Assembly (NCBI GenBank): GCA_964361405.1
Contig: CAYIAA010000004.1
Location: forward strand, 10,508-74,507
DNA length: 64,000 nt
From: an uncultured Candidatus Saccharibacteria bacterium
Lineage (GTDB): Bacteria > Patescibacteriota > Minisyncoccia > Phycocordibacterales > UBA3531
Direction: 5' to 3'
The first letter of the stretch is position 1; the number at the start of each line of letters is the position of its first letter. The notes under the pieces are model-generated. The model saw only the letters and a program-made list of their open reading frames with translations. It made no database searches and was not told the DNA's origin. Positions 49,856 through 59,112 of this stretch are shown one piece after another. A program made the position numbers and the translations under genes.

Positions 49856-50842
49856 GTGTCCGACATTCTTCGGTACTTAGAGAGAGTAAGAGTCCAACTT
49901 CGCTGTGCAAGCGAAGGATATTCTGTCTTTCTACTTCTCTCAATTATTTTTATTCACTACCTGCTTTTCTCTCCGCCAAACGGATTCCCCGTCAACGGAA
50001 AAATAGTCATCGAAGAGGGGTGGCCACTTGGACGTGTAGCAGAAGAATTAAGTAATAAAAGAGTGGTGCGTTTACCGCAAATATTCACTCTCCTTGTGTT
50101 CGCCTTTCGTGGCAACGCGAGAGCGGTAGCCGGTGAATATTATTTTTTTGAACCGGCTCATGCGTTTTCCGTAGCAGAGAGGGTTTCAAGCGGAGATTAC
50201 GGTATTACTCCATCTCGCATAATCCTTTTTGAAGGATCAACGGTACATGATTACGCGTCGCAACTTTCCAGCATTTTGCCCAATGTTGATGTAAAAACAT
50301 TCATTGAAGCCGCGCGTTTGGATGAAGGGTACCTTTTTCCAGACACCTATCTTTTTTCACCGAGTGCAGATACCGATACAGTGCTCAAAGAGCTTAAGGA
50401 AAATTTTGCAAAAAAAATAGGCCCGCTTTTTCCTGATATTGCTCGGTCTGGAAGAACTCTTCGAGAGATTGTCATTATGGCCTCTATGCTCGAGAAAGAG
50501 GCTTCACGAGAGGAGGATCGGAGGCAAATTGCTTCAGTTCTTTGGAAACGTTTGGACGCCAGTATGCCGCTTCAGGTCGACGCGACACTCGACTACGCAC
50601 TCGGCAAGAACACGTACGAGCTTACCAAAGAAGATCTCCGCAGTGATTCGCCATATAACACCTACGCGTATCGAGGACTTCCCATAGGACCAATTTCTAA
50701 TCCCGGACTTGCTTCGCTTCGCGCGGCGCTCTATTATGAGGATTCGCCGTATTGGTATTATCTTTCCGATCGGCGAGGTATATTGTATTTTTCTAAAACA
50801 TTCGAAGAACATGTGGCATATAAAAAACAATACCTAGAGTAA
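49856..50842 (+). CDS. mltG: Endolytic transglycosylase MltG
   Basis: 'EGYLFPDTY', 'ASMLEKEA', 'MPLQVDAT', 'SPYNTY...GLP.GPISNPG'; GTG start inferred. Confidence 0.88.
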   Translation: MSDILRYLERVRVQLRCASEGYSVFLLLSIIFIHYLLFSPPNGFPVNGKIVIEEGWPLGRVAEELSNKRVVRLPQIFTLLVFAFRGNARAVAGEYYFFEPAHAFSVAERVSSGDYGITPSRIILFEGSTVHDYASQLSSILPNVDVKTFIEAARLDEGYLFPDTYLFSPSADTDTVLKELKENFAKKIGPLFPDIARSGRTLREIVIMASMLEKEASREEDRRQIASVLWKRLDASMPLQVDATLDYALGKNTYELTKEDLRSDSPYNTYAYRGLPIGPISNPGLASLRAALYYEDSPYWYYLSDRRGILYFSKTFEEHVAYKKQYLE

Positions 50843-50845
50843 TTA

Positions 50846-51397
50846 ATGAAAAAACACAACCTCGTATTTATCGACCTTGAAACAACAGGCCTCGACCCCG
50901 AGCGGCACGAAATCATTGAAATTGGGTGTATTATTGCCCGCCAGGTCGCGCGCCCCGGCAAAGGTCCGGTTGTCGAAAAAATCGAAGAAATTGACCTCAA
51001 GGTTAAACCCGAACATATTGAAACTGGAGACCCGCAATCGTTTCGCATCAACGGCTATACACCGGAAGCGTGGCTTTTTGCCGTTGACTTGAAACCCGCT
51101 CTTGAAAAAATCGTGGAAAAAACTGCGGACGCGATTATGGTCGGACAAAACGTTTCTTTCGACTGGGTATTTTTAGAAAAAGCATTTGCGAAAACTGGCG
51201 TAATACACAAGATGCATTACCACAAAATTGACACCATCGCACTCGCTTTCGCCAAGCTCTACGACGACGACCGAGCGCAAAAGTTCTCACTGCGTTCACT
51301 CTGTGAACTCCTGGGGATTGTGAATGAACACGAGCATACCGCGCTCTCGGACGTACGGGCAACTTACGAGGTCTACAAAAAACTTTTGAATTGCTAA
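50846..51397 (+). CDS. DEDDh 3'-5' exonuclease (DnaQ-like)
   Basis: DLETTG, QNVSFD, HTALSD. Confidence 0.88.
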   Translation: MKKHNLVFIDLETTGLDPERHEIIEIGCIIARQVARPGKGPVVEKIEEIDLKVKPEHIETGDPQSFRINGYTPEAWLFAVDLKPALEKIVEKTADAIMVGQNVSFDWVFLEKAFAKTGVIHKMHYHKIDTIALAFAKLYDDDRAQKFSLRSLCELLGIVNEHEHTALSDVRATYEVYKKLLNC

Positions 51398-51426
51398 CAA
51401 TGTCAAGGGGAACCCTTGACAATAGT

Positions 51427-52515
51427 ATGCGGCACAGCAAGGTTATAGTTGCCATGTCTGGCGGCGTGGATAGTTCCGTTTCCGCGGCGCTTCTTCACCG
51501 CGCGGGCTATGACGTTACCGGCGTTTTTATCCGCGTATGGTATCCGCCCGGGATTTATTGCTCGGCGGAAGACGACCGGCGTGATGCGCTCCGTGTGGCG
51601 GCTAAAATTGGTATTCCGCTTCTCACGGTCAATTTGGAAAAAGAGTACAAAACTGCGGTGATAGATTCGATGTTTCGTGAGTATACGCGCGGACGGACGC
51701 CCAACCCCGATATTCTCTGCAATGAAAAAGTAAAATTTGGAGCATTTCGTACGTGGGCGCGAAAGCGTGGAGTTGATGCAATCGCAACGGGTCACTATGC
51801 CCGGATTGTGAAACAAGACGGAACACTCCACCTCCGTGCCGGAAAAGATAAAGAAAAAGACCAAAGTTATTTTCTGTATCGCCTCGGAAATCGGGCACTC
51901 GCGCGGATTATTTTTCCTGTGGGAGCCATGGAGAAGAGTGAAGTACGGGCACTCGCGCGGCGATTTGGTCTCCCCACTGCGGAGAAGAAAGATAGCCAAG
52001 GGCTTTGCTTCGTGGGGAAATTTGATTTCAAGGAATTTTTGAAACACTATGTGCCAGTGAAATCCGGTACCGTGCTCGATACGAAAGGCAAAATCATCGG
52101 GCACCACGATGGAGCTCTTCTCTATACCATCGGCGAGCGGCATGGATTTAATGTGACAAAAAAAAGCCCGCACGATCCGCCGTACTACGTTGTTGGGCGT
52201 GACGTAAAAAAGAATACGCTTACTGTCGCTCGGGGAAATGAAGAAAAGAGATTTTTCAAACGAAAAATAATCCTCTCTCATCCCCACTGGGTTTCTGGAA
52301 AACCGCCCGCACTCTCGGGAACATACCGCGCCCGTATTCGCTACCGCCAACCGCTTCAATCCTGCCGATTAGTAAAACAACCCCCACTTGGAAGCGAAGC
52401 TTCCAAGTGGGGGTATATGGTTGTTTTTGATCGCCCCCAGAGAGCTGTCACGCCCGGGCAATCACTGGTTCTTTACCGCGGAATAGAGTGTCTCGGTGGA
52501 GGAGTGATTACATAG
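51427..52515 (+). CDS. mnmA: tRNA 2-thiouridine synthase MnmA
   Basis: SGGVDS, 'TPNPDILCN', ATGHY, KDQSYF, 'DSQGLCF', 'TPGQ'. Confidence 0.95.
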   Translation: MRHSKVIVAMSGGVDSSVSAALLHRAGYDVTGVFIRVWYPPGIYCSAEDDRRDALRVAAKIGIPLLTVNLEKEYKTAVIDSMFREYTRGRTPNPDILCNEKVKFGAFRTWARKRGVDAIATGHYARIVKQDGTLHLRAGKDKEKDQSYFLYRLGNRALARIIFPVGAMEKSEVRALARRFGLPTAEKKDSQGLCFVGKFDFKEFLKHYVPVKSGTVLDTKGKIIGHHDGALLYTIGERHGFNVTKKSPHDPPYYVVGRDVKKNTLTVARGNEEKRFFKRKIILSHPHWVSGKPPALSGTYRARIRYRQPLQSCRLVKQPPLGSEASKWGYMVVFDRPQRAVTPGQSLVLYRGIECLGGGVIT

Positions 52516-52540
52516 CGACTTTGTTATACTAGTCACACCC

Positions 52541-54427
52541 ATGCAATCAGACGAAATCCGTAAGCGATTCCTCGCTTTTTTTGAGAAACGCGGACATACA
52601 GTCATTCCTTCCGCTTCTCTCGTTCCTGAAAACGACCCTTCTGTCCTCTTTACGACAGCTGGAATGCAGCCCCTCGTGCCCTACCTCCTGGGACAGCCAC
52701 ATCCGGCCGGGAAACGCCTAGTAAACGTCCAAAAATGTGTTCGGACGCAGGATATAGATGAAGTCGGGGACAAGACCCACGATACTTTCTTCGAGATGCT
52801 CGGGAATTGGTCGCTTGGGGACTATTTTAAAAAAGAGGCTATTACGTGGAGCTATGAATTCCTGACATCAAAAGAAGAAGGACTTGGACTCGATCCAAAG
52901 CGCCTCTATATTACGTGTTTCGAAGGTGATGCTGACGCGCTGAGTGGCTCGCCCGTAGCATCGCCCGTAGGGCTATGCCCGAGGGACGAAGAATCGGCAA
53001 CAATTTGGAAATCACTCGGCATCCCGGAGAATCGAATTTATTTTCTTGGGAAAGACAGTAATTGGTGGAGCCCGGGTCCTAGTGGCCCTTGTGGGCCAGA
53101 CACCGAGATGTTTTACGACATCACCGGCAATTTGAATCTTTCATCCAAGGAAGAATTTCTCAAAGCGGATAAAGAGCAAAAGGTGGTTGAGATTTGGAAC
53201 GATGTATTTATGGAGTATGAGAAAAAAGACGGTAAAGTAATCGGTAAACTTTCGCAGAAAAACGTGGATACCGGAGCCGGACTCGAACGCCTCGCGATGG
53301 TGACGCAAGGAAAAGACACTATTTTTGAGACGGATTTATTTTCATATCTTATTAAAAAAGCAAAGAAGTTTTCAAGAGATTCTAAAAAACAAAGAATTAT
53401 TGTGGACCATCTTCGCACCACAGCTTTTATGATTACCGATGGTGTGAAGCCTTCAAATACCGATCGAGGATATATTTTGCGTCGCCTTTTGCGAAGGGCT
53501 ATTTTTAACACTGATCAAAAAGTATTCTCAAAAGAAGATATCCAAGAGGTTATAACTTCTGTCGTAGAAAAATATGGAATTATTTATAAAAATTTAAGGG
53601 ATCAAAAAAATGAGACTATAGAAATAATTTTAGAGGAGCAGAAAAAGTTTAGTCAAACACTCAAACCGGCTACTCATGAGTTACTGGACTATTTGCAAGA
53701 TTTATATAATAGCCGCAAATCGGTATTTGAGAAAAATCCATTTGATCGTTGTGTCACAGCTGAAAGATTTTTCTACTTTAATACAAGTAGGGGTATACCC
53801 AACGACTTAATATGGGCAATGATAGAGGATTGTGGACTTTCTCAATTTCAAGAAGAAGGTTTCGAAGAAAAATTAAGATTATTGTTTGATAAACATAAAG
53901 ATATCTCCCGGGCAGGTGCTGAAAAGAAATTTAAAGGCGGACTTGCTGATGAAAGTCCCGAGACGATCCGCCTTCATACCGCCACCCATCTCCTTCATGC
54001 CGCACTTCGAAAAGTTCTTGGCGATCACGTATATCAGAAGGGGAGTAATATCACGCCGGAGCGTTTACGTTTTGATTTTTCTCACCCCGCAAAAATGACG
54101 ACCGATGAAATTAATCGCGTTGAAAAAATCGTAAATGATTCAATCACGATGAGTTATGAAATGCGCCGTGAGGTGCTCACTGTCGATGAGGCAAAAAACC
54201 GCGGCGCCATCGGACTCTTTGATGACAAGTATGCTAAAATTGGTGGAAAAGTTTCAGTCTATAGCACAGTTGATCCGACGAGCGGAAAGGTATATTCAAG
54301 CGAGATATGTGGAGGACCACATGTCGGGTATACACATGAGCTTGGTCATTTTAGAGTTTTAAAAGAGGAGGCGGTGGCGGCTGGCATCCGACGGATTAAG
54401 GCAACACTTAGCCCCTTACCTTCTTGA
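52541..54427 (+). CDS. alaS: Alanine--tRNA ligase, compact form
   Basis: 'LFTTAGMQP', 'FFEMLGNWS.GDYFK', 'DTGAGLER', editing motifs HTATH and CGGPH; no C-Ala domain. Confidence 0.95.
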   Translation: MQSDEIRKRFLAFFEKRGHTVIPSASLVPENDPSVLFTTAGMQPLVPYLLGQPHPAGKRLVNVQKCVRTQDIDEVGDKTHDTFFEMLGNWSLGDYFKKEAITWSYEFLTSKEEGLGLDPKRLYITCFEGDADALSGSPVASPVGLCPRDEESATIWKSLGIPENRIYFLGKDSNWWSPGPSGPCGPDTEMFYDITGNLNLSSKEEFLKADKEQKVVEIWNDVFMEYEKKDGKVIGKLSQKNVDTGAGLERLAMVTQGKDTIFETDLFSYLIKKAKKFSRDSKKQRIIVDHLRTTAFMITDGVKPSNTDRGYILRRLLRRAIFNTDQKVFSKEDIQEVITSVVEKYGIIYKNLRDQKNETIEIILEEQKKFSQTLKPATHELLDYLQDLYNSRKSVFEKNPFDRCVTAERFFYFNTSRGIPNDLIWAMIEDCGLSQFQEEGFEEKLRLLFDKHKDISRAGAEKKFKGGLADESPETIRLHTATHLLHAALRKVLGDHVYQKGSNITPERLRFDFSHPAKMTTDEINRVEKIVNDSITMSYEMRREVLTVDEAKNRGAIGLFDDKYAKIGGKVSVYSTVDPTSGKVYSSEICGGPHVGYTHELGHFRVLKEEAVAAGIRRIKATLSPLPS

Positions 54428-54430
54428 AAT

Positions 54431-54679
54431 ATGGAGTTCCAAGGATTAATCCTCGATTCCGCTACTCTTAACTCTTTTTTCGTAACACAGGGAGGAGCCA
54501 CGCTCTGGGGTATATTCGGCGTCGTCTTCATTCTTTTTCTCGTTGTCTCGGCGGCACTGGTATATCATCTCGAGCGCTATGGATATGACCGATACAGAAT
54601 AAAATTCACCGAACTTCTATTTTTCTCAGTTTCTCTCGTGCTATTATTGGTGATGGCTGGCGCAATACTCTCGTTTTAG
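54431..54679 (+). CDS. Small membrane protein
   Basis: Two TMs flanking 'YH..RYG'. Confidence 0.6.
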   Translation: MEFQGLILDSATLNSFFVTQGGATLWGIFGVVFILFLVVSAALVYHLERYGYDRYRIKFTELLFFSVSLVLLLVMAGAILSF

Positions 54680-54688
54680 CTTACTCTC

Positions 54689-55213
54689 ATGCTTACACTT
54701 GATCACGGTGAAGAAAGGATTTTAGTGCTCCGGAGACATTGGTTTGTTATCCTCGAGCACTCCATTTTTATTGTGCTCACTTTATGTATTATTATTGCCG
54801 CAGCAGTGGTCGTGAGAGGTCTTTCTATAGAACTTCCTGCCGGAAACTCTGATGCTCTTCTCATATTTACCATTGCACTCTTTGGTCTTCTTGCATGGAT
54901 AGTCTTTTTTGTCGGGTGGACAAATTACTATCTCGATATATGGGTTATTACGAATCGTCGCATTCTCGATATCGAACAGCATTCTTTTTTCACACGAGAG
55001 GTATCAGAATTCCGTCTAGACCGTGTCCAGGACATCACGGTGCAAGTACAAGGACTCATTGCAGAATTTTTTGATTTTGGCGATGTACATGTTCAAACAG
55101 CCGGGGAAAGACATACATTTATTATCTCAAGTGCTCCACACCCGTATCGTGTAAAGGAAGTTATTACCCAAGCGATTGATAAGGCCGTAGAAAGGGGTAC
55201 GATGAGAACATAA
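54689..55213 (+). CDS. Bacterial PH-domain membrane protein
   Basis: 'RRHW', 'ITNRRILDIEQ', 'FDFGDVHVQTAG'. Confidence 0.8.
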   Translation: MLTLDHGEERILVLRRHWFVILEHSIFIVLTLCIIIAAAVVVRGLSIELPAGNSDALLIFTIALFGLLAWIVFFVGWTNYYLDIWVITNRRILDIEQHSFFTREVSEFRLDRVQDITVQVQGLIAEFFDFGDVHVQTAGERHTFIISSAPHPYRVKEVITQAIDKAVERGTMRT

Positions 55214-55217
55214 AATT

Positions 55218-56408
55218 ATGTCTTTTTTTTCATCTCAAAAAAAACGTGAGTACGCGGCGATATTTGATATCGAGAGCGGGAGCGTTGGCGGTTCCATGGT
55301 AGCGCTTGAACATGGTGGCAAACCCGAAATACTGTTTTCATCCCGTAATGTATTCCCGGTTCCCGCAAAGCTCGCATATGAGCGTTATTTTTCCCTGCTC
55401 ATCTCAAGTCTTGAAAAGATTATTGCTGATATGCAACGGAAAGCTTTGAAACGACCGAAGCACATTTATATTTCATTACCGTCGGTACTCCACCTCTCGG
55501 CGCTTCGCGTACTTCGAAAAAAAGAAGATACTCCGATCCTTGTCACAAAAAAAAGCTTGGCGGGAATGGTTGGTGAAGCGCCAAAGACTCCCGAGGCGAC
55601 AGGAAGCGATTCCTACCTTCCACCCGAGACTCCGACATCGACCATTGAACGCCAGGTTATCGGAATCAAACTAAACGGTTATGACGTGGCTAACCCTTAT
55701 GAGAAACGCGCGACGGAAGTGGAACTGACTCTCTATGAAAGCATCACCGAGGAGTTAATTATGAAAAAAATTGCAACATCCGTCGGAGGTCTTTTCCATT
55801 CGGAACACATCACCTTTTTCACCTCTATGCTTGCAGTTTATAGTGCACTCCGAGAGGTGCTCCCGGAGATGGATAATTACCTTGTTCTTGACGTGACCGG
55901 TGAGGTAACTGACGTTATTGTTGTTGCGAGGAAAGGTCTTGCGAGTACTTTTTCCATTCCTTTTGGTGCGCACGCCTTGGTTCGCTCAATTGGCGTCGCG
56001 CGGGGCACAAATTCTGATGAAGGCCTCCTTACGCTAAAGCTGTACACGAATGCGTATTCCACGGATGAGCACCGTGAGAGTCTTGCCCCAGCACTCGTCG
56101 AAGCGGAAAAGAAGTGGGGTGACTACATTTCTCGGGTGCTTGAATTCGTACGTGCGGAGTGCTGTGCCGCTCATCGCGTATTCATTATTGCGGACAGCGC
56201 TTCAGGCCCGGTTTTCAGCACTTGGATGGAGCGCTTACTCTTGGCGCGCAAAGGACGAGGAACTGACCTATCTCTTCCCGGCGAATTTTCCCCGACAGTT
56301 ACCAGACTCGATGAATCGCTCATGAAATCCTCCATGAGAGAGGTCGGGGCCGTAGAGAGTGATCTTCGCCTCATGATAGCCGCTTCTTTTGTGAATAATT
56401 CCCTTTAA
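55218..56408 (+). CDS. Divergent FtsA/PilM-like actin-fold protein
   Basis: 'IFDIESGSVG', 'IKLNGY', 'LDVTGEVTDV', 'IPFG'. Confidence 0.55.
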   Translation: MSFFSSQKKREYAAIFDIESGSVGGSMVALEHGGKPEILFSSRNVFPVPAKLAYERYFSLLISSLEKIIADMQRKALKRPKHIYISLPSVLHLSALRVLRKKEDTPILVTKKSLAGMVGEAPKTPEATGSDSYLPPETPTSTIERQVIGIKLNGYDVANPYEKRATEVELTLYESITEELIMKKIATSVGGLFHSEHITFFTSMLAVYSALREVLPEMDNYLVLDVTGEVTDVIVVARKGLASTFSIPFGAHALVRSIGVARGTNSDEGLLTLKLYTNAYSTDEHRESLAPALVEAEKKWGDYISRVLEFVRAECCAAHRVFIIADSASGPVFSTWMERLLLARKGRGTDLSLPGEFSPTVTRLDESLMKSSMREVGAVESDLRLMIAASFVNNSL

Positions 56409-56447
56409 TGTCTTTTAAGATAGGGGATAGTAGGATACACTAGCGCT

Positions 56448-57779
56448 ATGCCACGTCGAGAAGTAGAGGATATAGTACTCCGGAGGGCGCCACGGCGTCC
56501 GCCAATTAGATCAACGTATACCCCCTCTACTTCCCCAAGTACTCCGACTGAAACCTCTCCGCCTTTTTCACCGGAGCCTCCGCGATTGCCGAGGGAGCGA
56601 AAGCCGCGCCGGCGTTTCATTGTATTTTTAATTGTTACACTCATAATTTTTGGCGCAGGGGCATACCTCTGGGAACGATTCGGTACCGTTGTTGTGACGC
56701 TTACGCCGAAAATGATAGGAGCCGATGTTGAAGCGGTTATTTTGGCACGTTCGAAGGCCTCTGCCGCGACGGATGAGCTCTCCTACGACACCATCCGAGT
56801 ACCTGAAGTATCACTTTCACAGAGTCTTGTAGCGCATGGCACAAAGGAAGTGGAGAAGCGTGCGAGTGGGGAAATTGTTATTTTCAATAGTTATAATGGA
56901 ACTCCCCAGAGACTTATCGAGAGAACAAGATTTACGGCTCCCGACGGAAAAATCTTCCGTATTGAAGAACCAATTGTTGTTCCTGGCGGGGTTCTAAAGA
57001 GTGGGACCCTCACTCCGGGGTCCATAGTGGCTACGGTCTACGCCGATGAGCCGGGAAAAGAGTTTAATATCGGACTCACTGATTTTACGATACCCGGTTT
57101 CAAAGGAGATCCACGCTACGATAAATTTTACGCGAGATCGAAGACTCCCATGGAAGGAGGTTTTGTGGGAACACTCCGAGTTGTTGATGAGAGCGAACGT
57201 GAAGCGGCAATAGCGGCCCTTCAGAGTGAACTTGCCGTGCGTCTCGGGGAGAGTGTAAGCAAAGAGATTCCCGAGGGGTTTACTGTTTTTAGCCAGACCT
57301 CGGTGTCGCAATTTAGTGTGACCGACGACGCTCCTGGCGAGCCCGGTTCAGAATCAAAGGTGAACATCACGGTAACCGGTCGTATGTGGGCTTTTGCATT
57401 TAACACCGAAGAGTTCAGTTATGTACTGGCCCGAGCGGCGCTCGGGGAAGGTGTAGAGCGGGGTATTCGTGTCGCGAACCCGGAGAAGCTTGAGATTGAA
57501 CTCTTGAATCGAGCGACAATAAATCCCGACAACGATGAACAGCTTTCACTTGCTGTCCGGAGTCCGGCTACCTTTATTTCTCCAGTTGATCTTGACGCTC
57601 TTCGAAGGGCACTCGCTGGAATGGCAAAAGATTCCTACAAAAATGTTTTTCTCTCATTCCCGAGTATTGAAAGCGCCGAAGTGCGTTTCAGTCCTTCGTG
57701 GAGAAAGACTTTTCCAGAGAACGTAGAGCGCATCACAATCGAAACCTCGCCTACCGGCGGGCAAGCTGTAAACCCCTAA
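56448..57779 (+). CDS. Membrane-anchored protein with baseplate-J-like extracellular domain
   Basis: Pro-rich N-terminus, TM, 'A.G...IFN', 'TRF..PDGKIFR', 'ADEPG..FNI', 'GG'. Confidence 0.6.
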   Translation: MPRREVEDIVLRRAPRRPPIRSTYTPSTSPSTPTETSPPFSPEPPRLPRERKPRRRFIVFLIVTLIIFGAGAYLWERFGTVVVTLTPKMIGADVEAVILARSKASAATDELSYDTIRVPEVSLSQSLVAHGTKEVEKRASGEIVIFNSYNGTPQRLIERTRFTAPDGKIFRIEEPIVVPGGVLKSGTLTPGSIVATVYADEPGKEFNIGLTDFTIPGFKGDPRYDKFYARSKTPMEGGFVGTLRVVDESEREAAIAALQSELAVRLGESVSKEIPEGFTVFSQTSVSQFSVTDDAPGEPGSESKVNITVTGRMWAFAFNTEEFSYVLARAALGEGVERGIRVANPEKLEIELLNRATINPDNDEQLSLAVRSPATFISPVDLDALRRALAGMAKDSYKNVFLSFPSIESAEVRFSPSWRKTFPENVERITIETSPTGGQAVNP

Positions 57780-57869
57780 TGCCTCACACGCCCCAATCCC
57801 TAGTCTTTGGCATGGCGTACTTGACCCAGCGGGGCAATAACTGGTAGTATAGGCAGTCCCCTAGAGGCA

Positions 57870-58085
57870 ATGGCGAAAGAGGAAAGTACAACCCCAGTCG
57901 AAGGTACGGTGACTGACACCTTCCCGAATACAACCTTCGGGATTACACTTGATGACGGTCGGTCGCTCTCCGCGTACCTCTCCGGCAAAATGCGTATCAA
58001 TCGAATCAAAGTACTGGTTGGTGATCGCGTAAGTCTTGTCCTCGACCAGTATGGGGAACGCGGAAGGATTGTTAAACGCCTCTAA
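57870..58085 (+). CDS. infA: Translation initiation factor IF-1
   Basis: 'EGTV....PN..F', 'AYLSGKMR...I.V..GD.V', 'RGRIV.R'. Confidence 0.93.
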   Translation: MAKEESTTPVEGTVTDTFPNTTFGITLDDGRSLSAYLSGKMRINRIKVLVGDRVSLVLDQYGERGRIVKRL

Positions 58086-58151
58086 ATGATTAGTCAGTTG
58101 CCCTCCATGCGCACTCTGGCTCGGGGGTTAGCACAATTACTGGATTAAAAC

Positions 58152-58265
58152 ATGAAAGTCCGCTCATCAATTAAAGCCCGGTGCCCTCTTTGCAAGCTCG
58201 TACGGCGACGGGGAAAATTGTACATCATCTGTCAAAACCCGAAGCATAAACAGCGCCAAGGGTAG
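58152..58265 (+). CDS. rpmJ: 50S ribosomal protein L36 (absent from the ORF track)
   Basis: Hand translation [37 protein letters not shown]. Confidence 0.95.
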   Translation: MKVRSSIKARCPLCKLVRRRGKLYIICQNPKHKQRQG

Positions 58266-58289
58266 GATGACGACGGCACGATTTTTAAT

Positions 58290-58670
58290 ATGAGAATTCT
58301 TGGAGTAACTGTACCAGAAGCAAAGCGTCTTGAGATCGGGCTCACGACGATTTTTGGCATTGGCAGACCCCGAGCACAAAAGATTCTCGCCGCCGCAGAA
58401 ATACCGTTCGGGAAAAAACCGGGCGAACTCTCCGCCGATGAAGAAAACCGCATCAGGACCCATATCGAAGCGTTTCGCGTCGAGGGAGACTTAAAGCGTG
58501 AAGTTTCAGGCAATATCAAACGCTTGAAAGATATCAAGTGCTATCGGGGGGTGAGACATTTGAGACGTCTCCCGGTTCGCGGACAAAAAACCCGCGTCAA
58601 TTCACGTACGGTGCGTGGAAATGTGAGAAAGACAATGGGATCGGGAAAACGAAAGGTTGAAAAAACCTAA
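58290..58670 (+). CDS. rpsM: 30S ribosomal protein S13
   Basis: 'IFGIG', 'CYRGVRH...LPVRGQ.T..N.RT'. Confidence 0.96.
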   Translation: MRILGVTVPEAKRLEIGLTTIFGIGRPRAQKILAAAEIPFGKKPGELSADEENRIRTHIEAFRVEGDLKREVSGNIKRLKDIKCYRGVRHLRRLPVRGQKTRVNSRTVRGNVRKTMGSGKRKVEKT

Positions 58671-58675
58671 TATCT

Positions 58676-59110
58676 ATGGGCAAGAAAAGAATCATCACAA
58701 AATCAGGAGGCGACGTGAGCGGCGAAACCAAAGAGCGCTCGCTCTCACACGTCTCGAAACGGAGACTCGAGAATGGTATTGTCCACATAGAATCAACCTA
58801 CAACAACACCAAGTTAATCCTCACAGATACGGAAGGGAATGCATTGGTGTGGTCATCGAGCGGATCACTCGGTTTTAAGGGAGCAAAAAAGGGGACACCC
58901 TTCGCCGCTTCAAAAGTTTCAGAGGTCGTTGCCGAAAAAGCAAAAGCTTTAGGTATTAAGGAGGTGTATGTGGTAGTAAAAGGAGTCGGTTCCGGACGAG
59001 AATCATCTATTCGAACGCTTATCGGAAAAGGTATTGAAATTTCGGCGATTCAGGATAGAACTCCGATTCCGCACAATGGACCACGAGCTAAGAAACCACG
59101 ACGAGTATAA
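58676..59110 (+). CDS. rpsK: 30S ribosomal protein S11
   Basis: 'STYNNT', 'GFKGAKKGTPFAA', 'TPIPHNG'. Confidence 0.96.
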   Translation: MGKKRIITKSGGDVSGETKERSLSHVSKRRLENGIVHIESTYNNTKLILTDTEGNALVWSSSGSLGFKGAKKGTPFAASKVSEVVAEKAKALGIKEVYVVVKGVGSGRESSIRTLIGKGIEISAIQDRTPIPHNGPRAKKPRRV

Positions 59111-59112
59111 GT

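Noticed and set aside
51403-52359. 318-aa antisense ORF, and similar ones at 13231-13953, 35610-36413, 48056-48709
   Set aside because: Shadows of well-supported genes on the opposite strand, with no recognisable motifs
56448-57779. Prophage, from the baseplate-J-like similarity
   Set aside because: No other phage genes, integrase or att sites; context is housekeeping
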